Shown here in pieces: positions 38,541-47,881 of a DNA stretch of 64,000 nt. Position 1 is the first letter of the stretch, and each line of letters begins with the position of its first letter. The notes below the pieces were generated by a model, which was given only the letters and a program-made list of their open reading frames with translations, was not told the origin of the DNA and did not search any database. Position numbers and translations under genes: made by a program. The DNA is from Haplodiscus bocki (taxonomy: Eukaryota): positions 30,256,001 to 30,320,000 of the forward strand of contig OZ296651.1 of assembly GCA_965655095.1 (NCBI GenBank), read 5' to 3'.

Positions 38541-38834
38541 TTGCGAGTATTTCAGATCATGGATTGTGTTCGTGCCATTATTGATAGTGTGTTTGAGCTT
38601 TTGTGTTGTCCAGACGGAACAACAGTCTTCAAAGAGTCAAAGAAAGTCAGTTTTTCCCCTGTGAGGGATGTTCGGTGCCCTTTCATTCAAGCCGCTACTG
38701 GTGGAAGTCCAACAACTGTTACTCCTGGGTGGCCGTATTATCTTGTAATTTCCCGCTTTCTGGCAATTAGCGTGTTAGCGTCAGTCTTTTTCCTGCTCAA
38801 GAGATGTCGTGCTGTTCATGATACTCCTGAATAA
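38541..38834 (+). CDS. Possible small antisense membrane protein inside the provirus
   Basis: MDCVRAII...YLVISRFLAISVLASVFFLLKR: one hydrophobic helix followed by basic residues. Same strand as the JmjC gene. Confidence 0.3.
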   Translation: MRVFQIMDCVRAIIDSVFELLCCPDGTTVFKESKKVSFSPVRDVRCPFIQAATGGSPTTVTPGWPYYLVISRFLAISVLASVFFLLKRCRAVHDTPE

Positions 38835-39118
38835 GAATACCTTTGTTTGACTGTTTTAAGCAATGCGTTTAGTGTTATTGAGCGTAGCACCCCTTTCAGG
38901 GCCTTTTCTGTCCCAAACGATTACAATTCAATAATAATACCACCTGTTACGTAGTTCATTTAATACCTTAGGTGTTTGTTATATTCGAGCTATCATTCAA
39001 TTATTCTGCTGTCTGTTTTGTTTCTCTTGCCACGTTCTGGCATATCCATTGTTGATAAACACGATGATGAGATCAAGAGTATTAACTTTTTCTAGATTGA
39101 AAAACGGATCAGTTCAAT

Positions 39119-39916
39119 TTGTTGTTGAATTTATGTCAATCACATTGTAAAGAAGTGGATGCCGTTGGAGAGGAGGAAGCTGCCAGATTCGAGGCTGTGA
39201 CAGTTGTTCGGGGCATTTCATGTTCCTATAGGGTTCCCCTGTTGCAGGACTTGGCAGTTAGCTGTGTTGATTTGTCCATTTTGAAGATGCATTTCACTAA
39301 TTGGGGGGAAGAGAAGAATATTGTGCTATTTCCTGATACAACATTGATTACAGCGTTAATGCCAACTGAGAATGTGGATAATGTTTCACAGTGGTTCAAC
39401 AGTGCAATAATACCTCTGGAGGTTGTACATGATCCTATTTTATTAGTGGCAACAGGCAATTGTCTCACTGGTTTTCACATGGATGACAAACGTCCCACTG
39501 AAGTTGTGGCGTCTTTGTTACGTGGACGGAAATTATGGTTATTCGCCACTCCTGGGTCCAAGTCTGCTTCTGCATTAGTGAAAAGACCCGAAAATACTCA
39601 CTTCGAACATTTCATGGGGGATATGGTTTTTGGCCGTTATAAAGACTTGTTGTATTGTCTACAGGAGCCTGGTGATACTATTTGCTTACCTGCGCGAACC
39701 GTACACTTTGTTTGAAGTGTTACTCCAGATAATGGGTGGAACTGTTTATTAAGTCACAATGTACGACATGAAGAAAATGAAGCAGTTTCTATGGAAAGAA
39801 AGGCCTTCAATCGTTGTAGTGATCAGCGGTCTCGGACAGTCCAGGGGAAGCGCACAAAGCAATCTGGTGTTACAAGGAAGCGGTTCACACCTCGAAGAAG
39901 ATCGAAGACTTCTTAG
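39119..39916 (+). pseudogene. JmjC-domain 2OG/Fe(II) oxygenase, antisense within the provirus (premature stop at 39713-39715)
   Basis: LTGFHMD (HxD), LLRGRKLWLF, and QEPGDTICLPARTVHFV (distal His). The frame continues after the stop to a basic tail RKRFTPRRRSKTS* at 39916. Confidence 0.85.
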
Positions 39917-40550
39917 TGGTTAAAAGTTTTTTATTCTTTTCTTTCTTGTCCGCTCGTAGTGTCAAAAGTCAATTTTTGTAGTGGGTTGTTTTAAGTAGGA
40001 AATGTAAAACTGCTTTTCCGCGTTAGTCGTTGTAGGGAGGCTCCATTTATACCCTATTGTGTAGTACTCTTTCTAGGCTATCGGTTGAGAGTATTAAGTC
40101 TCCGATATCTGTCTTTGTCTTTGCAATCGCAGTGGCACAAGTTATTTTTCCGGGACTTCGAAAAAATAATTTTTTGTACATTTTGGATGTTAACAGTCAT
40201 TAGTAATGCTCCCACAGGTATGTGAAGTACCCTATCGTGTAGAACGCGTTTTCACCTGTCCCTTGAGCTATTTTACTTTGTTTTGTGGTTTCAGCTTCGG
40301 TCATTCGCAGTGGCACAATACTTCAATTCTTTGTCCTTTTTTGTAAGATAATCAAATTTCTGTCTCGTGTTTCCTTTGTAGACCGTCTAAAAGCCTGTCC
40401 TTGATCTCCATGTGTAGAAAATTTTCATTCAGTGGGTTTTCCGGGGTATTTTTTGTCGGAAGGATCCAGAATGTCTTTGAAATTTTCAAATTTTTTTGCG
40501 TGGTTTCTTTTCTAGGTATCTTCGGCGGATTGAGCTATTGAGCTGACGGT

Positions 40551-41510
40551 TTAAGCGCGGAAGCATACTGTTACTTGCACCGGGGAATGCTGAAAAACTT
40601 CTAATAAAATGTTATGTACTACTTGCCTTCTCAGGCTGTCAAGTCCACATCCAAGTTTTGGGAGGCGGATATGTTGGATTCTGTTCATTTTTGCGTGGTT
40701 TCGCATCAGTATGAGGCTCGTTCTGAGAGATTTGTAGAATGGTTGGTGGAAGACTTTGTACTTTGTTACTAAATTGTAGATCCAATTTCTTGAATACTTG
40801 TCATAGTACGCAAAAACTGATCCTGGAATGAGGTTTCTCGATGATTTTCTTTTACTTTGTGGGAAAAGTTGGTTAAATTTCGCTGCTATTCCTGCTCCCA
40901 TGTAGAAGTCTGAGGAAACGCAGTGTCCCATACCACAATGTTGTTGGAAAAGGTTTTCCTCTACAATTCTAACATTCTTCGTTGTGTCTCTTCGTTGAAG
41001 TTCATTGAGTTCTGGGCGTGGTTTCTTTGTCATAGATCCACTCTGTTGTGCTCCCTTTCGCTGGACAAATTGCATCTGCTGGCGTTCCTTTCGACGGTTA
41101 TTCAGTAGGTCTACGAAATTGCGTGCTTCTTTAGTTTCGCCTTGAGTTGTGCGTTTTGAAGGTTGTCTTTGGAATTGTCTCCCTGCAGCTTCTAATACTC
41201 TGAAGCTTCTGCTTTTTGTTTGATTTTGTTCCTGTACTCTTTCTGAGCGTCTCAGTGGATGGATTGGTTCTACGTATTCGTCAGATTCTTCAGAAGAGTC
41301 TGGAATTTGGGCTGTAAGATTGTCTGGTGTTAACACTCTTCTTGGTGCTACTATCTGTTTTCTATCCCTTGGATTGGGTTGTGGTATTTCACCTGCTAGT
41401 GCTGGAATAGCGATTGGCGCTGGTACAGCTGGGGCTGGTGCAGCTGGTGGTTGTTGCGTTGTTCCAAAGGAGATTGAAACTCTAACTGGGCTATCAAAGT
41501 TTGTTGTCAT
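40551..41510 (-). CDS. Pol C-terminal extension with TARG1/OARD1-type macrodomain (domain ~40551-40980)
   Basis: GHCVSSDFYMGAGIAAKF, IYNLVTK..HQPFYKSLRTSL..MRNH and LPKLGCGLD align motif by motif with OARD1/TARG1. In frame with integrase, separated by one TAG. Confidence 0.9.
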   Translation of the reverse strand: MTTNFDSPVRVSISFGTTQQPPAAPAPAVPAPIAIPALAGEIPQPNPRDRKQIVAPRRVLTPDNLTAQIPDSSEESDEYVEPIHPLRRSERVQEQNQTKSRSFRVLEAAGRQFQRQPSKRTTQGETKEARNFVDLLNNRRKERQQMQFVQRKGAQQSGSMTKKPRPELNELQRRDTTKNVRIVEENLFQQHCGMGHCVSSDFYMGAGIAAKFNQLFPQSKRKSSRNLIPGSVFAYYDKYSRNWIYNLVTKYKVFHQPFYKSLRTSLILMRNHAKMNRIQHIRLPKLGCGLDSLRRQVVHNILLEVFQHSPVQVTVCFRA

Positions 41511-41534
41511 ACTTGTTTTTTCATGGTTTATTCC

Positions 41535-43196
41535 CTATTCCAGTAAACCTGGGAGGCCTTTGTCAAAGTAGTCTTGTTCTCCTCTGTACTTGTCTGAGAG
41601 TGGGTCTGTTTGGAAGTTCTCTGGGTCAATGTCTCCAATATCATCCACCTGATATTGAGGAATGATTGGTCTCGTCCTGATTCGGTGAACTATTTGTGTA
41701 TAGTTGGTACCTACTTTCCCAATCATGTAATTGAAGTCAGTTAGTACTTTTTCGATGCGGTACATTGCCAACCATTTCTGAATGAGTTTAGGACTGAAAG
41801 CTGACTGTTCCGTCAATTTTGGGTTCAAGAGTAGGCAATAAGTTTGTTCTTTTAGGGGGTTTGCTCTCGCTTTTTGGTCGTAGTATCGTCTGTATCTTGT
41901 AAATGATTTTGCGAGGCTTTCTTTTGCCTTTGAAAACTGTTTCAACATTTCGTCTTTTAGTGAGTCAACAAAGTCGTAGTTGAATGCTGCTTTTTGTATG
42001 CAACTACTATAGAATCTCAAATCTAGAGGTTTCATCGGTTCTCTACCATGGAAAAGAACTGTTGGAGAGCATCCAATTGATGTATGGTACGAAGTGTTGT
42101 GGATGAATGTAGCCAATGGGACATATTTATGCCAATTTGTGAAACTTTGGTTGCTGTTGAGCTTCAGAATTCTAGCCACAGCTGCAGGTGATCTTTCAAC
42201 TACTCCTATCGTTTGTGGGTGTTTCAGCGAAGCGTGAGAGATTTTTATCTCTGGGAGTTGCGTAAGTTCGTGGAGGAGTTCCGAAACAAATTGAGTTCCC
42301 AAGTCTGACATTATTTCTTTTGGGATATAACTGTGGTTGAACAATATGGAGACTAGTGCTGAAGCTACTGTTGAGGCGCTCATTGTAGTTAGTGGTACTG
42401 CGAAAAGGTATTTTGACAAAACATCGATCGCTGTTAAGACGTATTTGTAGGGTGTCGTTGGGTACGCTCCCATAATGTCAATGTGCAATATGTCTCCTGG
42501 AAATGAGGTTGTTGAGGAGATCTCTTGTAGTGGTGTTTTTACTCGCGACAAATGTATTTGTTTCAGTTGAAGGCATGAAGAGCAGTTTCTGATATAGTCC
42601 ACAATTTTCTTAATATAATTTGGGCAGTAGAAGCGTTTTCTGAATTCTCCAATTGTTCTTGTTATTCCCAAGTGGCCGCCTGTCGGTGAATTATGAATTC
42701 GGTATAGTATCTCCTTCAGCATGTGTTTAGGAACACATAGTTGGTCGTAAAGGGTTGTACCATCGTGGTTATAGTAGTTGCGTTTTAGGATCCCATTGTC
42801 AATTATTAACCTGGGTAGTTGTTTTATGTATTTTTGCTCATCTCCCGTTGAGTATATATTATTATCAGGAATGTTTCCGTCTGTTTTCCAATTTTTAACC
42901 GTCGTCAACAGTGTATCTTTTTGTTGCTCATTTTGTAGCTGTGCCATCGTCGTTTCTAGTTCCGGGTAAGTATCCATTGGGTTTGCTGACTGTATCGCGT
43001 TTATGGTTTCTTCACGGGTTTTGTATTTGATTAATTCTATGTCGGTACAGTTTTCTGTATTTCCTTTCAGTCGTTGCGAGGTTTGCTCATAGTTTCCAGA
43101 TTTTTTCAGCGTTATCAACGTGTTGATATCTACCACGTGCAGTAATCCATCCGGGAAGTCATCTGCAAAAAGTTCATTGATCGTGTTATCTGGCAA
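41535..43196 (-). CDS. pol: Gypsy integrase
   Basis: HHCC motif (HNSPTGGH..CSSC) and DDE core HIDIMG / SDLGTQF / VVERS. Confidence 0.92.
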   Translation of the reverse strand: MPDNTINELFADDFPDGLLHVVDINTLITLKKSGNYEQTSQRLKGNTENCTDIELIKYKTREETINAIQSANPMDTYPELETTMAQLQNEQQKDTLLTTVKNWKTDGNIPDNNIYSTGDEQKYIKQLPRLIIDNGILKRNYYNHDGTTLYDQLCVPKHMLKEILYRIHNSPTGGHLGITRTIGEFRKRFYCPNYIKKIVDYIRNCSSCLQLKQIHLSRVKTPLQEISSTTSFPGDILHIDIMGAYPTTPYKYVLTAIDVLSKYLFAVPLTTMSASTVASALVSILFNHSYIPKEIMSDLGTQFVSELLHELTQLPEIKISHASLKHPQTIGVVERSPAAVARILKLNSNQSFTNWHKYVPLATFIHNTSYHTSIGCSPTVLFHGREPMKPLDLRFYSSCIQKAAFNYDFVDSLKDEMLKQFSKAKESLAKSFTRYRRYYDQKARANPLKEQTYCLLLNPKLTEQSAFSPKLIQKWLAMYRIEKVLTDFNYMIGKVGTNYTQIVHRIRTRPIIPQYQVDDIGDIDPENFQTDPLSDKYRGEQDYFDKGLPGLLE

Positions 43197-43277
43197 TTTG
43201 GCACGAAAGTCTATTTCTATCTCTCTAATAGGTATGCGATCGGTAGGTTTCAGTTCAATTGTTTCGTTTGGATCAGC

Positions 43278-45002
43278 TTACAGGCGAGATAAGAAATCTG
43301 CTGCTGCATTTGCTTTTCCAGGTATGTGCGCAACAACTATGTTGAATGCTGTTACTCTATCGATATAATTCCAAAGTGATGGAGGGATTGTTTTTGCTTG
43401 AAAGAATCTCGTTAGGCTTTTGTTGTCAGTCAAAATTAGTACGGTTTTTTCACTTTCCCAAATGAAATGTGAAAATGTTTCCAGTGCAAAGTAAAGTGAT
43501 AGGAATTCTTTGCAATATATTGACATTTTCAGTTGCGCCGTGTTAAATACCTTTGATCCAATTAATACGGAAGCGTATGATTTAACAGATTCTCCTTTGT
43601 CGTTTTTTACGTAGTCTTCAATCATTAGCACAAAACCACTAGAATGGCAGCTCGCATCACAAACAATTGCGTACTGTAAACCGGGTTTAGCTAGTCTAAG
43701 CGTTTGAGTAGCCGTCGTTTGTAGCTTTTGTTTCAGCGTTTCAAAGGCTTCCATAATGTCTTCTGTGAGCTCGAATGATACATTCTTTCTGAGGAGTTTG
43801 TAAAATGGTATCAAGTGTTCATTCAAGTTTGGAATGAAGTTCCGAAAGAATTGCAGGAATCCAATCAATCTTTTCACTTGTTTAACTGATTTTGGTTCTT
43901 CTGAAGTTCGCAGAAACTTTTCGATCTTCTCTTTTTCCGGTTTAAAGCCTTCTTTAGTAATGACATTAACTAGAAAACTAACTTGTTCAGATCCAAATAT
44001 ACATTTTTCTGGTGACAATTTGAGTCCTGATCGTCCAAGGCATTGGAAAATTTTTCTGAGGTAAGGTAGTAGTTGCTCAGCGGAGTCTACTCCACATCCA
44101 ATGTCATCCATGAATTGGGTGCAGATGTTTGCAGAAAGGCATGGTTCTAGGTAGTTTCGTACAAATGCACTGAATCCTGTTACCGCTCTATTGAGTCCTC
44201 TAGTTAGTCTCTGATAGGCCATTGTTCTTGATGCAAAATTAAACGCTAGTAGTTGTACTGATAGTGGGTCTGCCATTTGGACACAATGGTAGGCTTGGGA
44301 ACAATCGAGTTGTGATTTTCCTGCAGAATGAGCTGTTGTGTCAGCCATTTTAGAAATTGGAAAGTTGTTATTATGATAGTCATGAAGCAGTAAGTGGTTG
44401 ATTCTTCTCAAGTCAACTAAAATTCTGAGTTCTCCGTTTGTTTTACGATGGGCAAAAATTGGGCTATTATATTTCGAGTGGTTGAGACTTGTAATTAACT
44501 CAAAGTACTGCAGAAGGGCTAATTCGACCTGAAGTTGTTCTCGTAAGTGAATAGGTGTTGGTGGACTCTGAGTATAGACTGGTTTGTCATGTTCAGGCGT
44601 AAGTTTCATTGTTATTTCTGAATTGTAGCCAACATCAAATCTGTGTTTTGCAAAAATAACAGAAAATTCAACTAACAGCTCTTCAACTTGTTGTTTTTGC
44701 GATTCATTTAGTACGGGGTCTTTCCACTTGAATCTTCGGAGAAAATGGTTTCTATAGCTCTTGTCTGTTTGGAGGTCAATCTTGTCCAATTCTTGAAGTT
44801 TTGATAGTTCTGTATAAAATCGTTTTTCAACACCTTGTAATTTTTCTGGGTTTTTACAGGTTTCAGGCGTTGGGAACCAAAATTTTCTATATTCGGGTTT
44901 TGGGCGAGGTGGTTGGGAGTCTGAACTGAATTCCTCATCAATGATGAGTTGATTTATTTCCTGAGCAAAATTTTCAGGAATTCGTAGTTTTGCCAATGTC
45001 AA
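43278..45002 (-). CDS. pol: Gypsy reverse transcriptase + RNase H
   Basis: LRILVDLRRIN, LDCSQAYH, QFMDDI, CDAS, CKEF, TDNKSL and NAAADFLSR. In frame with integrase across a single TAA. Confidence 0.95.
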   Translation of the reverse strand: MTLAKLRIPENFAQEINQLIIDEEFSSDSQPPRPKPEYRKFWFPTPETCKNPEKLQGVEKRFYTELSKLQELDKIDLQTDKSYRNHFLRRFKWKDPVLNESQKQQVEELLVEFSVIFAKHRFDVGYNSEITMKLTPEHDKPVYTQSPPTPIHLREQLQVELALLQYFELITSLNHSKYNSPIFAHRKTNGELRILVDLRRINHLLLHDYHNNNFPISKMADTTAHSAGKSQLDCSQAYHCVQMADPLSVQLLAFNFASRTMAYQRLTRGLNRAVTGFSAFVRNYLEPCLSANICTQFMDDIGCGVDSAEQLLPYLRKIFQCLGRSGLKLSPEKCIFGSEQVSFLVNVITKEGFKPEKEKIEKFLRTSEEPKSVKQVKRLIGFLQFFRNFIPNLNEHLIPFYKLLRKNVSFELTEDIMEAFETLKQKLQTTATQTLRLAKPGLQYAIVCDASCHSSGFVLMIEDYVKNDKGESVKSYASVLIGSKVFNTAQLKMSIYCKEFLSLYFALETFSHFIWESEKTVLILTDNKSLTRFFQAKTIPPSLWNYIDRVTAFNIVVAHIPGKANAAADFLSRL

Positions 45003-45697
45003 TAAATGTGGATCAATTGGGTTAATGTTTCTGCTTGTTGGGGTGTGAGGAATTTGAATAATGCTATGTCAGAGTTTAGTGGTATTGTTATTTCAATATT
45101 TTGCAAGTTCAAAGCTGAAATGAACAAGTTTCCATTAGAATCCGTTCTAGAAAGGGATGACGTGATGCACAAGCCTGTTTTGTCTTCAAAGTTCATTTTT
45201 GGTTCTACTATTTCGCACACGTCAGTGAATATCTTCTTCGAAAGTAATCTACATTAAAGGGTTGTTTGTTGGTTGGGGCGATCGTTATTTTTTCCGAAGT
45301 TCTAACTGAATAATTGGGTTTCGTGTGCTTTTCCGTTGGGTTTGGTTGAAACTCGTTCAATTGAAGTCATAGGTCCTGTAGTTTTGAGGTTTTCCTTAAG
45401 GTGTAATTCAATCGAGTTGTTTTTGAAGAATGGGTTTCCCAGTATAATACTATTCGTGCTTGGCAAAACTAAAAATTTGTCGTTGAATAAATGTTTTGCT
45501 ATTGAGAATGTTAGTTCAATTTGGCCACGCACAGGTATAAGCTGTCCTGAAGCTAGTTTGACTTTACTGACCTCTGAAGGTGGAGGACGTTGGGTTCCAA
45601 ACGATTTTAGTTCATGGGAGTCCTTTTCACTAATAGCATTTGCACAGGCACCAGTATCTATTAATGCTTTTCTCTGTTGAGTGTTGGAGAATTTCAA
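44999..45697 (-). pseudogene. Aspartic protease followed by a dUTPase-like relic
   Basis: ALIDTGACANAIS and IILGNPFF (45302-45697), then ITIAPNQQ..IVEP..ISALN..ITIP..IA (45000-45300). The dUTPase-like call is an inference. Confidence 0.75.
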
Positions 45698-45801
45698 GGG
45701 GACATATGAAAGAAGGTCTCCTTCAAGAGAGATGCATGCTGTTATTCCGTTCTCCTGAGTTGTTTGTGCTTCCTGTGGTGCGTCGTCATACTGGCGTGGC
45801 T

Positions 45802-46128
45802 TTATTCGAATTTTGGTGCTGTTTGGTAAGGGATTTGTTGATTTCTATTTGCTGGTTTTCTCTGATTGCAATCTCTGGCGTAATGGTTTGGGTATCCACA
45901 TGTAAAGCATATTTGTTTTAAGTAGCTAGTTTGTGCAATGTGTCTGTTATTCGAAGATTCTTGTATCTGTGGGTTGCTGAATCTGTTGTAGTTTATGCCG
46001 TAGTAGCCTCTGTTGTTGTTGAATCTACCTCGTCCTCTATTGTTAAAGTTTCCACGTCCTCTAAATTCTCTTTGATTGTTGAATCTGTTGTTTCCTCTAT
46101 AGTAATTCTGTTGGTAGGTATAGTAAAC
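45802..46128 (-). pseudogene. gag: Gag C-terminal fragment (nucleocapsid)
   Basis: N/R/G-rich segment and CCHC knuckle CFTCGYPNHYARDC. The N-terminal part is deleted. Confidence 0.85.
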
Positions 46129-46217
46129 CCAATAAGAAGGGTTCAAATATATGTTGCATGCTTTGGACTAATCAACTAATTAGTTAATTTGGTTCAATCT
46201 TTTTAGAAAATATTACA
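46129..46217 (-). repeat. Truncated 5' LTR remnant (longer copies at 49502-49629 and 52920-53047)
   Basis: About 4 differences in 89 bp from 35274-35362. Ends attaca followed by TSD atggg. Confidence 0.9.
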
Positions 46218-46466
46218 ATGGGTTTACCAGTCCCGAAGTAGTTTCATTGATTTTAATTCATTCTACTTTCATTCTTTGGGTACTCAATTCATATATTTTT
46301 TGTTTAATATGATTTCTAAAGCCCTTCTTTCATATTTCAGACTAAATCTACTTTAGATGGTAATTGTACTGATAGTTTTCTTTACTGAAAAGTACAATGA
46401 AATTGTTGAAGTGGTGGCACAAGAACGAAGCGACAAATGTGCTTACGAACAATTTGCAACTCTTAC

Positions 46467-46647
46467 CGCTTTTAACGTCGGCGGATGTAGACCGTGGAGG
46501 CCTCACACCTAAGCTTTCTCGTCTCATTCTTCGTTCCCTGCCGTCCTGACTGGAAGCCAATTTCAACCCCGGGTTCAACAATAAGCACAGAAGAAAGAGG
46601 CAGAAGATTTTCAGCATTGTAAACGCTGGTCCACTACTAATAGCCAT
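46467..46647 (-). CDS. Signal-peptide exon of the Cys-loop receptor, copy 1
   Basis: MAISSGPAFTMLKIFCLFLLCLLLNPGLKLASSQ..DVKS; 181 nt ending at donor g|gtaaga (phase 1), which fits the phase-1 acceptor at 24808. Linkage is inferred from phase and from that exon's lack of a signal peptide. Confidence 0.75.
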
Positions 46648-47599
46648 TGCTGCACTAATAAAAGCTCACAACAAAAGCAATCAAGTAAAAAGATGCAATT
46701 CCACCGAATAAAAAAAGTATCTACAAGTTATGGTGCACATAAATGAACAAACTGGCATTGTTTTTCAGGTTGTGGGAAGAGACTTCCTGGTATTTTATGC
46801 TGAGTGTTCAAACTAAATTCTGCGTAGTTACTTCGACAGCTTTCTGTTCAATCCGTAAAATCGATAAAAAGATCAATATTGGACTTCTACACATCATCTA
46901 TTCTAAAAAAGAACTTCAAAATACTCCTAAAGAAAAAGTTAATTTATTGATGTGCTTCGTTTCATACAGCATCACATACAAGTTTAAAAACCACATTAGA
47001 GAGACCCTCCAAAAGCTCAAGCTGGTTTGTTGAAGTAGGACCCTCAAGCAAGTCATTAGAAATGAAGTAAAGTAACAGAAAATTCCTTCGGCAATCAGTT
47101 GAACAGAGTTATTTCTCAGTTGTAGTAGTAGTAGAAAAGATTCTATAATAAGAATATAAACAATGAAATAAACCCAAAGGGAGCCTGGACGGGAAAATGA
47201 AAAGACCATGACAATTAACAGCAATTACATTCAATAAAACGTTGACAGGTTTGTCGTTCATAAGAATCTATGAAATAGTTCCATATTATGAATTTCAAGT
47301 TCTTCTTCACTAGACTGTGATCGTTGTGATAAACTTATCAAATATGTGGACAAGAATGTTAGAGCCTCTTATCGAAAACTCTGTTGGGTAGCCCGCAAGA
47401 GATTACAGAGAGAGGTAGAAAGTGGAAGATCACCGGAGGAGACAGGGCACTTCTGGATCTGGAGACGATCTCCCTTCTTCCAGGTTGCAACATTCCATAT
47501 ACACATTGGAATTTCACTGCCCCCGCCCCCTATCCCCACAAAAATATTCATAATTAATTATTCATTTATTAAGTTAAAAATTTCGACATTATTTTTCGC

Positions 47600-47881
47600 C
47601 GCTTTGTAATGTTCCCCTACGAAGTTTTTCGGTAGTGAGACAACAAATTTTCTATAGAAAATCATGATATTCCCCTCTTAAGCATACAATTTTTCAATAC
47701 CCGAAATTAGTGACGCACTAAAGGGTTCCCCAACGAAATGTTTCGGTACTGTGAGACAAAACAATTCTGACGGAAAATCGTGATACCCTCCCCCTCTCTT
47801 TTCCCTAACATTTGTCGAAATCAGAAATTTTTTAAAACACAGAAGGGTTCCCCTATGTAAAATTACGGTACTGTGAGACAA
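47600..47881. repeat. ~107-bp satellite-like repeat (also 51020-51300, 56247-56420; related at ~13290-13520 and ~13940-14005)
   Basis: Repeated ttcggtactgtgagacaa..aaaatc(g/a)tgata.ccc and gaagggttcccc motifs. Confidence 0.65.

Larger units (their letters stand above)
34482..46217 (-). mobile_element. Env-bearing Ty3/Gypsy LTR retrotransposon (endogenous retrovirus-like), decayed
   Basis: Termini tgtcat...attaca; 5-bp TSD gtggg/atggg (1 mismatch). Order gag-PR-RT-RH-IN-macro, antisense JmjC, accessory ORFs, env. Confidence 0.93.

Noticed and set aside
40038-40056. Minus-strand TATA-like gggtataaatgg as an internal env promoter
   Set aside because: Such motifs are frequent in AT-rich DNA and there is no supporting evidence.
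46743-47609. Triplicated small ORFs (MNKLALFF.., MLLIVMVF.., MDKNVRAS..) as a gene family
   Set aside because: They recur only because the DNA is duplicated. Frames are broken by indels or truncation between copies, and no domain is evident.
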